Source: a virus (Duplodnaviria > Caudoviricetes). Taken from it: a DNA stretch of 38,258 nucleotides. The stretch covers positions 1 through 38,258 of IMG/VR virus record IMGVR_UViG_3300003432_000009; one strand, given 5' to 3'. Positions 16,993 through 25,703 of this stretch are shown here, in pieces. Made by a program: the position numbers and the translations under genes. Position 1 is the first letter of the stretch. Each line of letters starts with the position of its first letter. The notes beneath the pieces are model-generated. The model did not search any database and was not told the origin of the DNA. It worked only from the letters and a program-made list of their open reading frames with translations.

Positions 16993-19876
16993 TAATAAAA
17001 AGCAAGTTGATTTGCCGGTCTGGGAAGGGTGTAATTTTTTTCCGGCTGCTAACTCCGCAATTTCAGAAATGTGTTGTGTGGAAACTCCCGATACCCGATA
17101 TATGTATATGCTCGTTTCTTCATTATTTTGGAGATATGATACTTATACCGATACTTGGTTGTCACTAGCTCCGCCTGTTACTGCGCCACTTCTTATCCTT
17201 TCATTGAAATATTTACCATATTTTTCATACTCAGGTCAAGTGATTGCGGGTGGTGGGTCAACAATTCAGGGAGCTTTTTTGCAGGGTAATACATTTGTTG
17301 GAAACAAAATCAGAATTATTGCCGGAACAGGAATAGGACAAGAAAGAACTGTATTAACTGTGGCAGATGCAGTGATCGCTGATTCCGGTATTCCTACAAC
17401 TGGTGGTTCTAACACTATTACTGACACAACAAAGAAATGGGACATTAACCAATGGACTGGATATACATTAAAAATAGTTAATTTCAACGGTCAATCACAA
17501 TTTAGAAAGATTCTTTATAACACTGCGACAGTCTTAACAGTTTCAGACCCGTTGTGGCAACCATCTGCTCCAAAAGAGAATATGCCATTTGTAACAGCTG
17601 CAACTACAGCTTCAATTTATACGATTGAAAGCAATGTTTTAACAGTAAATTCAGCCTGGACAGTTCAACCAAATGGAAGTTCAAAATACAGAATTCTATC
17701 AGGTGGTATTGCAGCTTTATCAACTACAGCAGCAGCACCATTTCAGACATTCCAAGTTTATGATATTGCCTCTGATATGTGGCTTACCCGAAGTACTCAA
17801 CAAGGACTTCTTTTAGCTGCGGGAGCAGTAGCCAATGATATTTCATTTGCCAGACTTGATGAGGGTGAAGTGACAGGAAGTCAATATGATTCAGGAACTG
17901 CAACTGTTACAGGAAGCTCAACACGAGCTTTAGGCGATACCACAAAAACTTGGACGGTAGACCAATGGGCTAATTATGAAGTTAAGATAACCGCAGGGAC
18001 AGGAGTTGGAACTGAAAAGAGGATACTAGGGAATACTGCCTCAATTCTCTATGTAGATGGATTAATCACTCAACCGGATGCAACCTCGGTTTACTATATC
18101 AGACCATATAAGGAACTTTATTACGCTTCAGGGTGGGCATTATCTACGATGCTTGGTTATGATTCTGATTATGATATCTGGTGTCAGGGATTTCCCTCAG
18201 ACGGAGGACTTGCCAATATCATGTCAGTCAGTACATCAGGTTCACTTCCGATAGCTTGTACAGCAACGAGGGCCGTCAATGGAATAAAGACAATAGATGC
18301 AGCACCCGCAGCAGGTGGAACTGGATATGTAGTAGGGGATATTCTTACTTGTAACCAGACAGGATCGGGTGGACTTTTGATTGTCACTTCAACAGATAGT
18401 AACGGAGTTGTCACAGGATTAAAAATTCAGAAATGCGGTACTAACTATGGAGTCGCAGGAGCCAGGTCTACGACAGGTGGATCAGGAAATGGTGCGTGTA
18501 CATTTAACGTGACCGCAGTTGACATTATAGGGACGATAACAACAGCATTTTCCCATAACTTTCAAGCAGGGGATTCAGTAACATTTATGGGGGCAGATGT
18601 AGCCACAAGTGCATGGAACGCTACTTATACGATTATCGGAACTAGCGGATTAACAACTTTTGATGTTGTAACTACAGCAGCAGGTTCAGCAGTCGCACTA
18701 ACTGCTCAATCAAGTTCGGTTATCGTAGATGCTTCTAAAACTTGGACAGTTAATGAACATGTTGGAAAGATAGTGCAGTTAAGTTTGACAGGTTTAACAG
18801 GGACAAGTTTAATGAGAAAGATAGCTTCAAATACAGCTACTGCTCTCACTCTTTATGGTTCAGTCTTAGGGGCAGCAGCAGTAGAAGGAACGGGACGATA
18901 TATAATTCACGATCAGGATGCTTTTGGTAGGGCGGTACAGGATAAAAATCCAGTTAGGACAAATACTGGTTGGTGTACAGCCTCAGTCAGCGCAACGGTT
19001 TTAACCGATTCAACTAAAACTTGGAGAGGTAATCAGTGGCTTGGTTATAAAGTAAAAGTAATTTGTGGTATGGGGTTTGATAAAGGCGAAGCAGTCATTA
19101 CTTCAAATACCGCAACGACTCTTGTCGTTTCAGGTGGATATGGATTTACTCCCGATACTACGACTAAATATATTATCCAAGATACGTTTGGAGTACCGAC
19201 AACTGTAACCAATACGACAAATGCAGTTATTACTGATACTTCAAAATTATGGGTAGTCAATCAGTGGTCGGGATTTAAGATTAGAATTGTTGGAGCCGAA
19301 GGAACAGGAGAGGAAAAAGTCATTACTTCAAATACATCTACAGCATTAACTATTACCGGAGTATTTACAACTGCTCCAGTTGCCAATTCATCTGTCTATA
19401 CGATTTTAGGTGTACCAGTCAGAGGAACGGGACATGAATTGACTTGGATAGCTAATGGAACAACTAATAAAGGAAAATATCTTATTTCACCTAGAGGCGG
19501 GGGGACTAATCTTTTTGACAGATATAACATCAGTACAAATACCTATGACTTAACTTTCGCTCCAAAACCAGATACGGAAACATTTAACGTAGGAACTATG
19601 TATGCCTATGATGGAGCAGATAGAATTTATATCCAAAAAGATGCTACAGGAAAACTTATGTATCTTGATTTAACGACTTACAGAGTAGAAGGTGCAGGAT
19701 TTGTTCCATATATTCTAGGAAATACTGGTATAGGTACAGCAGTCAACGGAAATAGAATGGAGATTATCCAGACTACTGATGGATTGAAATATCTATATAT
19801 TATGAAACACACAGGGGCAGCACTTGCAGCAGCAGGTGGTGGAACTGAAATGTATAAAATGTTAATTTTTTGGTAA
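16976..19876 (+). CDS. Large Thr/Gly-rich beta-repeat virion appendage or receptor-binding protein
   Basis: Five to six repeats of DxxKxWxxNQWxGxxxxIxxGxGxG...IxxNTxTxLT; propeller-like N- and C-terminal segments. Confidence 0.7.
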   Translation: MAITNNNKKQVDLPVWEGCNFFPAANSAISEMCCVETPDTRYMYMLVSSLFWRYDTYTDTWLSLAPPVTAPLLILSLKYLPYFSYSGQVIAGGGSTIQGAFLQGNTFVGNKIRIIAGTGIGQERTVLTVADAVIADSGIPTTGGSNTITDTTKKWDINQWTGYTLKIVNFNGQSQFRKILYNTATVLTVSDPLWQPSAPKENMPFVTAATTASIYTIESNVLTVNSAWTVQPNGSSKYRILSGGIAALSTTAAAPFQTFQVYDIASDMWLTRSTQQGLLLAAGAVANDISFARLDEGEVTGSQYDSGTATVTGSSTRALGDTTKTWTVDQWANYEVKITAGTGVGTEKRILGNTASILYVDGLITQPDATSVYYIRPYKELYYASGWALSTMLGYDSDYDIWCQGFPSDGGLANIMSVSTSGSLPIACTATRAVNGIKTIDAAPAAGGTGYVVGDILTCNQTGSGGLLIVTSTDSNGVVTGLKIQKCGTNYGVAGARSTTGGSGNGACTFNVTAVDIIGTITTAFSHNFQAGDSVTFMGADVATSAWNATYTIIGTSGLTTFDVVTTAAGSAVALTAQSSSVIVDASKTWTVNEHVGKIVQLSLTGLTGTSLMRKIASNTATALTLYGSVLGAAAVEGTGRYIIHDQDAFGRAVQDKNPVRTNTGWCTASVSATVLTDSTKTWRGNQWLGYKVKVICGMGFDKGEAVITSNTATTLVVSGGYGFTPDTTTKYIIQDTFGVPTTVTNTTNAVITDTSKLWVVNQWSGFKIRIVGAEGTGEEKVITSNTSTALTITGVFTTAPVANSSVYTILGVPVRGTGHELTWIANGTTNKGKYLISPRGGGTNLFDRYNISTNTYDLTFAPKPDTETFNVGTMYAYDGADRIYIQKDATGKLMYLDLTTYRVEGAGFVPYILGNTGIGTAVNGNRMEIIQTTDGLKYLYIMKHTGAALAAAGGGTEMYKMLIFW

Positions 19877-19878
19877 CT

Positions 19879-20103
19879 ATGGCAGATTCACAACCTTATC
19901 CATATTCAGAATACGCAATGAAAATAACTGTAGTAGGTTCTGTTACTTATATTGCAGATGCTCCACCTGGGACTTTACAAGCAACCGCAAGATGGAGAGT
20001 AAAAAAGATAGACGAAACAACAGGAGTAGTTATTAAATGGGCAGATGGGGATACAAATTTTGATAATATCGCAACGGATTTAACGACTTTAACTTATGTC
20101 TAA
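19879..20103 (+). CDS. Small virion-associated beta protein
   Basis: YIADAPPGT...WRVKKI...WADG...FDN; TAACTATG junction with the upstream gene. Confidence 0.7.
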   Translation: MADSQPYPYSEYAMKITVVGSVTYIADAPPGTLQATARWRVKKIDETTGVVIKWADGDTNFDNIATDLTTLTYV

Positions 20104-20359
20104 TAAATTTGATCCAATATTAGGTAAATATAGACAGTCAGATACAGGAACAACAAATATATCTGAGGTTGCATCAGATCCAGGTAGTCCTGTAGATGGA
20201 AGTGCATGGGTATTGCGTACAGCGTCAGTTGTTGATGGAACAGCCGGAGAACCCAGAGGGTTACTTTTAGCATTAACCTATGCAGGAGCAACAGGAACAG
20301 ATACCTACCAATTATCGTATAAAGCAGCAGCGGGTATAAAAAGAATAAGTTTATCTTAG
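20096..20359 (+). CDS. Small tail-fibre-associated protein
   Basis: FDPILG and SDPGSPVDGSAW motifs; overlaps the upstream gene. Confidence 0.6.
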   Translation: MSNKFDPILGKYRQSDTGTTNISEVASDPGSPVDGSAWVLRTASVVDGTAGEPRGLLLALTYAGATGTDTYQLSYKAAAGIKRISLS

Positions 20360-20363
20360 GAAT

Positions 20364-20813
20364 ATGGATACAAGATTCAAAAAAGGACAAATACCTTGGA
20401 ATAAAAAGGAACATATAATAAAAGTGTGTTTTAAGTGTGGTAAACAATTTAATGTAAAACCATGTCTTGCGAGAATTGTATGTTGTTCACAGAGATGTGC
20501 AAGATTGGGTGAAAAAGCATCAAAAGAAACAAAACTAAAACAAAGTGAATCGTTAAAAGGTAAATTAACGCATAAAATTATAAGTAAGGGTGAAAATCAT
20601 TATTTATGGAAAGGTGATAATGTCGGATATGAAGCATTACACCATTGGATAAAACGAAATATGAAAAAACCAGCAGAATGTGTTTATTGCGGCGAGGATC
20701 AAAAACGAATTGAATGGGCAAGTATTTCTCATCACGCTAAGAGAGATTTGACCGATTATATTCCATTATGCGTGACGTGTCATAGAGAGTATGACAAGAA
20801 AGAGAGGGTATAA
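20364..20813 (+). CDS. Free-standing HNH-type homing endonuclease (NUMOD-like DNA-binding motifs)
   Basis: FKKGQIPWNK, CxxC...CCSxxC, GENHYLWKG, CVYCG...PLCVTCHREYD. Confidence 0.8.
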   Translation: MDTRFKKGQIPWNKKEHIIKVCFKCGKQFNVKPCLARIVCCSQRCARLGEKASKETKLKQSESLKGKLTHKIISKGENHYLWKGDNVGYEALHHWIKRNMKKPAECVYCGEDQKRIEWASISHHAKRDLTDYIPLCVTCHREYDKKERV

Positions 20814-20815
20814 TT

Positions 20816-21397
20816 TTGGCTGATAACGTAGCAGTGACCGCAGGGAGCGGAACAACAATAGGAACTGATCAAGTGGGGACAGTTCATTATCAAAAAGTAA
20901 AGTTAGTCAATGGAACGGCTGAAAGCGAGGACATGATCGCTTCGGATATTGGAGCTAAAGCTAATGCTCTGCGGGTAGCACCAGCCAACGATATCACCGA
21001 TGCAACTTATATTGGTGATATAAAGTTTGGTGAGGCTATTCCAACCGGAACGAATATTATCGGAGCAGTTAAGAAAGATGTAATTAACTATACTCCTGTA
21101 AATAAATATGTGGCTTTAACCGGAGCGCAAACTGACGGGATAGTCTGGAGTCCAGCCGGAGGCAAACAAGTAGCCATTACTGATTTAACCCTTTCTGTTT
21201 CAGCAGCAGCTACAGTAACTTTAGAATGGGATAAAACGGGTGGGGATGAGGCAATTGCCGGATGGGATTTGGCTGCTAATGGTGGAGTGACTTTGAATTT
21301 AGAAACACCTTTAATTTGTAGTGAGGATGATGCTGATTTAGTTATAACAACTACAGCAGGTAATGTAAAAGTAACTGCAATTGGTTATGAGGTTTAA
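20816..21397 (+). CDS. Virion structural/appendage protein
   Basis: TTG start after GAGAGGG; IPTGTNIIGAV motif; beta-rich C-terminal domain. Confidence 0.65.
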   Translation: MADNVAVTAGSGTTIGTDQVGTVHYQKVKLVNGTAESEDMIASDIGAKANALRVAPANDITDATYIGDIKFGEAIPTGTNIIGAVKKDVINYTPVNKYVALTGAQTDGIVWSPAGGKQVAITDLTLSVSAAATVTLEWDKTGGDEAIAGWDLAANGGVTLNLETPLICSEDDADLVITTTAGNVKVTAIGYEV

Positions 21398-21399
21398 AT

Positions 21400-22533
21400 A
21401 TGGCCAATTTTGTTAATCCTAATTTTGATACTAATTTATTATCTTGGGCTGCTGGTATATTACCATCAGATATTGCTAATTTAAGTTGTTGGTTCAAAGC
21501 TGAATCTTTGAGTTTAAATGACACTGATCCGGTAGCTTCTTGGGCTGATAGCAGTAGTAATGGAAATGATATAGCGCAAAGTACAGCCGGTCTTAAACCT
21601 ACTTTTCATACAAATGAAGTATTAAGTTTACCTGCAGTTGCTTTTGATGGCGGGGATTGGTTATCTAAATCTAGTCCATCGGGATTACCTTCTGGAAATG
21701 CAAATTGTCATACTTTCTGTATTTTAAATCCGATTTCAACTTCTGCTCCTAATACATCTCATAGTTTTGGAGATGATACAGCAACAGGAGGATCAAATTA
21801 TTTTATTTTTAGATCTGGTGCATCTTTGAAATATGAATTATACGGGACTGCTCCACAAACGGTAGTAGGAACAATGAGTGCGGGGACTTGGTATTTAGCT
21901 GAAGGAAAATATAATAGTGCAGCCGGAAAAATTTATGCTGCCATGAATGGTTCAGCTTATAATGAAAATACCGTAACTGCTAATTTTGGGACAGCTCATG
22001 TTGAAGTAGGAGCGCTTCATCAGGATAGTATATTTTGGAATGGATATATAGCTGAAATTTTTGAATATGCAGCGAATATTACCGGAACTAATTTATCAGG
22101 TCTGTTTGCGTATTTGGCTAAAAGATACGGTGTAACAATTGCCGGAGCAGATGGGGTGGTAACCCGTGATACCGGAACAAAGTATGCTGGAGCAGCCAGT
22201 TCTAAAATAGTTGCAACTAACGCCACCAACTATTATGAAGTAATTAATCCCGGGACAACTGGAGATTATACTTTATCAGGATATGTTTATACTGCCGGAG
22301 GTGCTGTAACTTCATCTGATTTGGAATTATTTTATGATACTACTACAGTATCAACTGCTTTTGCGGATCAAGGTGGTGGTTGGTACAAGATGACAGCTAC
22401 AGTTACAGGTGCTAATGCTAATAAAAAATGCGGGATTCAAGTTAAAGCCGGAAAAACAGTTTATGTTGATAGTTTTGATTTAACTAAATCGGCAACAGGT
22501 CAATTTTTAAGTCCAAATAGTAAATATTGGTAA
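21400..22533 (+). CDS. LamG/concanavalin-like lectin domain plus carbohydrate-binding-module-like domain
   Basis: WFKA...VASWADSSSNGND...FDGGDWL...WNGYIAEI...YLAKRYG, flanked by NPNFDT..W and GWYKMTAT...VYVDSF CBM-like motifs. Confidence 0.75.
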   Translation: MANFVNPNFDTNLLSWAAGILPSDIANLSCWFKAESLSLNDTDPVASWADSSSNGNDIAQSTAGLKPTFHTNEVLSLPAVAFDGGDWLSKSSPSGLPSGNANCHTFCILNPISTSAPNTSHSFGDDTATGGSNYFIFRSGASLKYELYGTAPQTVVGTMSAGTWYLAEGKYNSAAGKIYAAMNGSAYNENTVTANFGTAHVEVGALHQDSIFWNGYIAEIFEYAANITGTNLSGLFAYLAKRYGVTIAGADGVVTRDTGTKYAGAASSKIVATNATNYYEVINPGTTGDYTLSGYVYTAGGAVTSSDLELFYDTTTVSTAFADQGGGWYKMTATVTGANANKKCGIQVKAGKTVYVDSFDLTKSATGQFLSPNSKYW

Positions 22534-22568
22534 ATTGATGATATAATATAAGTGGAATAAAAGATTTG

Positions 22569-22590
22569 GCCCCCATGTGGGGGCTTTTTT
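22569..22590 (+). terminator. Rho-independent terminator
   Basis: GCCCCC-ATGT-GGGGGC followed by TTTTTT. Confidence 0.85.
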
Positions 22591-22608
22591 AATGGAGGAA
22601 AGTAAAAG

Positions 22609-22637
22609 GGATAAAATTTACATAAATCATGTATTAT
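22609..22637 (+). promoter_or_regulatory. Phage late-type promoter copy 4 (GGATAA-N17-TATTAT)
   Basis: Exact 17-nt spacer, directly after the terminator; ATG 8 nt downstream of the -10. Confidence 0.75.
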
Positions 22638-22645
22638 GAATATAT

Positions 22646-23506
22646 ATGACAAAATTAATTTCCGACTGTCAACTTCTTTTGGCTAACCGTTTGGGTAGCA
22701 ATTTAGCTCCAACTGATAATGCTGAACTTGCCAAACGCAGAAAATGGTTTTGGTCAGCCATCAGTTCGGTTTATAATGACGAGGAATATATGTGGTTTTC
22801 CAAAACCCTGTCTACCGATACGACAGTGGTGGATCAGCCCAGTTACAGTATTCCTACTTATTTCAGGCATCCGATTGAGATTAAGGTAGACGGAAATATC
22901 TATACAAAAACTACTAAAGAGGATGATGACAAGGAAAGACAGACGGCAGTAGTCAGTTTACCTTCAATCCAGATAGATTGGGAATATTATATTTATGACG
23001 ATAAAATATATTTATTGCCTATTCCAACTTCAACACCCGATCCGGTAACGGTAACTCTGGCACAAACCAGCGGAACTGCGACAGCCACCAGTACAACGGC
23101 TCACGGATACGTAGTCGGGGATCATGTAACCATAGCTGGAGCTACTCCTACCGCCTACAACGGAGAGGTGGAAATACTGACAGTACCGACAACCTTAACT
23201 TTTACTTTTTCAATCGCTTCCGCCACAACTTCACCCGCTACCGGAACCATCACGGCCACTAAAAGAAACATTGAAATATGGCATTATCAGGAAGCTGCCG
23301 AACCGACAGCAGAAGGAGATTCAATCCTAATTCCCGATAAATATATAGACATACCGGTTTCCTATGCGGAAGGCAGATATTGGAGTTCAGCCCATAAAAG
23401 GGGTAAAGCTGCCGATGCTTTTACCGAATATGAAACATTAGTTAATAAAGTAAAACGGGAAAATTTTAGAAGAAAGTTTGGACAAAATGAAGAATCAGGA
23501 ACATAA
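22646..23506 (+). CDS. Head-tail adaptor / tail tubular protein A-like, with inserted beta domain
   Basis: YSIPTYF, YYIYDDKIYLLPIP, LIPDKY...YAEG adaptor-like motifs; position before the tube B-like gene. Confidence 0.7.
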   Translation: MTKLISDCQLLLANRLGSNLAPTDNAELAKRRKWFWSAISSVYNDEEYMWFSKTLSTDTTVVDQPSYSIPTYFRHPIEIKVDGNIYTKTTKEDDDKERQTAVVSLPSIQIDWEYYIYDDKIYLLPIPTSTPDPVTVTLAQTSGTATATSTTAHGYVVGDHVTIAGATPTAYNGEVEILTVPTTLTFTFSIASATTSPATGTITATKRNIEIWHYQEAAEPTAEGDSILIPDKYIDIPVSYAEGRYWSSAHKRGKAADAFTEYETLVNKVKRENFRRKFGQNEESGT

Positions 23507-23508
23507 CT

Positions 23509-25665
23509 ATGCCATACTCCTCATCAATAAAAGAAGAAGAAGAAAAGAATGATTTATATTTAGGTTTTTCCAGAGGTGTAAACTCGCTTCAAGATCCTAC
23601 TTTAGTGAGTGATAAAAATATCATCAAAGGCGATAATGTGATGTTGGTCGTAGACGGAATTACCCGCAGATTCGGTTCTTCCAAAGTTTGGGATGAAGGT
23701 GGTGGAAGTAAAGTTTATGGAGCAATGGGATTTTATAAAAAAACAGATTCAACTAAGAAATTTATCAGAATTAGTAATGGGAAATTACAATATAAGAATG
23801 GTACGGTTTGGACTGATATTTCCGGTGCAAGTTATACAAATATAAAAACCTCTTTTGTACAGGTGACGAATAAAGCCTTTATTCATAACGGTACAGATGC
23901 CCTAACCTATTATGATGGATCAACTATAACTACTTATTCAACTATAACTACTCCAACTAATTTAACGGTAACTCCAAGATTTACCAATGTTTACGCTATT
24001 ACCAGTATTACCAGATCCAGTCAGATTGCTACCGTAACCACAACCTCAGCTCATAATCGGGCAACCGGAGATTATATAACCATATCCGGCGCTGCACAGG
24101 CCGAATATAATATAACTGCACAAATTACCGTTACTTCACTTACTACTTTCACATATACCGTATCAGGATCTCCGGCAACACCGGCTACCGGAACCTGTAT
24201 TGCTACAGATGGTGGAGTAACCGTCTATTCTTATCGGGTAGAGGCTTTTAACTCTACCGGAAATTCAATTGCTTGTGCCAGAGTACAGATAACCAATGGA
24301 GCAGAAATACTTAATGCCACTAATTTTAATGAATTATCATGGACAGCAGTTGCAGGTGCTACCGGATATAATATCTTTGGCAGGACTCCTACGGGTACTA
24401 CAGAGGCTTTTATGAATACCGTTGACGTACTTACATATACGGATACTGGTGTTGATACTCCACTGGTTTTGAAATTACCGTCAGAAGTCAATACTTCGGG
24501 TGGAATTAAGGCTAAATCCGCTATTATAGCCCTTAACCGTCAATTTGCTTTTGGTGTCACCGAGGGAACAACTTATTATCCAACCAGATTATATTATTCA
24601 GGTATAGTTAATCATATTGATGATTTTACTTCTTCATCTCTTGGTGGCGGTTGGGTTCCGGTTGGTGATAATGATGGTGGGGAAATTGTAGCTCTTATTC
24701 CATATCAGTCAGGACTTTTAGTATTCAAAACTAATGGAATATTTTATTTTTATTTTTCAACCACAGGAGTACCATCCCTTAAAGATATTACTCGTTCTTA
24801 TGGCGGAACTTCCATAGATTGTGTACAGGCAATTGATAACAATATCATTGTAGTCGGACAAAAAGAGAATCGGATTGGAGTTTGGACAGTCGGTACACAA
24901 GCTAATTACGGATCGGATGAAATCAGGACTAATGAACTAACGGTGTTTATTAAAGGTGATTTAGAAAATGTGAATCGGGTTTATTTGTCTAATATTGCTA
25001 CTTTTACTTTTAATAATATGTTTGGATTTACTTATACATCAGGATCAGATACGGAAAATTCTGAAGGATGGGTATTTGATACACAGTTTGGATCTTGGGT
25101 TCACTGGACCGGACTTCCAATGCAAGTTACTCACTATGTTACTTATGATGATGGAACAAATGTTAAATTATACGGTTGCAGTAATAGTGATGGATATATG
25201 ATTGAATTAATGAAAACACAAAGAAATGACAATGGTGACTCTTTTAAATCAATTATCGGTACTAAATTTTATAATCAGGGATTATTTGATGTTGATAAAA
25301 TATTCAGAAATCCGGTGCTTTGGTGGAAATTTATTCAACCCGGACTTGTTAATGTAAATGTCTGGTTTGACGGAGATCAATTTGGCGGTTCTGCACCACT
25401 GCTCGGAGTATCAAGTGGATCTGGTACTGGGATTGATTTAATGGGTTCAACCTTACCGGGTGATTCTTATTCATCCATTACTCAAACAAAAGCCACAAGT
25501 GAAGTTATACAGGAATTAACTTTAATGCAAATGGCACGTTCCATCGGGTTTTATCTGATTGACGAATCATATAATTCCAACTGGATATTTATGGGAATTG
25601 ATCTGCCATATACGGTATTACAAGGCAAACCAGCAGAAGATTTACAAAGAATTGCTATAAGTTGA
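23509..25665 (+). CDS. Tail tubular protein B / stabilisation (nozzle) protein-like
   Basis: FSRGVN, ITRRFG, RLYYS, GGEIVALI...LLVFKTNGI propeller motifs; 718 aa. Confidence 0.75.
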   Translation: MPYSSSIKEEEEKNDLYLGFSRGVNSLQDPTLVSDKNIIKGDNVMLVVDGITRRFGSSKVWDEGGGSKVYGAMGFYKKTDSTKKFIRISNGKLQYKNGTVWTDISGASYTNIKTSFVQVTNKAFIHNGTDALTYYDGSTITTYSTITTPTNLTVTPRFTNVYAITSITRSSQIATVTTTSAHNRATGDYITISGAAQAEYNITAQITVTSLTTFTYTVSGSPATPATGTCIATDGGVTVYSYRVEAFNSTGNSIACARVQITNGAEILNATNFNELSWTAVAGATGYNIFGRTPTGTTEAFMNTVDVLTYTDTGVDTPLVLKLPSEVNTSGGIKAKSAIIALNRQFAFGVTEGTTYYPTRLYYSGIVNHIDDFTSSSLGGGWVPVGDNDGGEIVALIPYQSGLLVFKTNGIFYFYFSTTGVPSLKDITRSYGGTSIDCVQAIDNNIIVVGQKENRIGVWTVGTQANYGSDEIRTNELTVFIKGDLENVNRVYLSNIATFTFNNMFGFTYTSGSDTENSEGWVFDTQFGSWVHWTGLPMQVTHYVTYDDGTNVKLYGCSNSDGYMIELMKTQRNDNGDSFKSIIGTKFYNQGLFDVDKIFRNPVLWWKFIQPGLVNVNVWFDGDQFGGSAPLLGVSSGSGTGIDLMGSTLPGDSYSSITQTKATSEVIQELTLMQMARSIGFYLIDESYNSNWIFMGIDLPYTVLQGKPAEDLQRIAIS

Positions 25666-25666
25666 C

Positions 25667-25695
25667 GGATAAAAAGTATAAATATTTGTTATTAT
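25667..25695 (+). promoter_or_regulatory. Phage late-type promoter copy 5 (GGATAA-N17-TATTAT)
   Basis: Exact 17-nt spacer; ATG 8 nt downstream of the -10; no SD. Confidence 0.75.
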
Positions 25696-25703
25696 AAAAT
25701 TAT

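Noticed and set aside
20340-20830. Group I intron around the HNH gene
   Set aside because: The flanking genes are intact and abut the HNH ORF within a few nt, leaving no room for a ribozyme core.
22539-22590. Tiny sRNA from TGaTATAAT (22539-22547) to the terminator
   Set aside because: No -35 element, AT-rich context makes a chance match likely, and the terminator is explained by the upstream operon.
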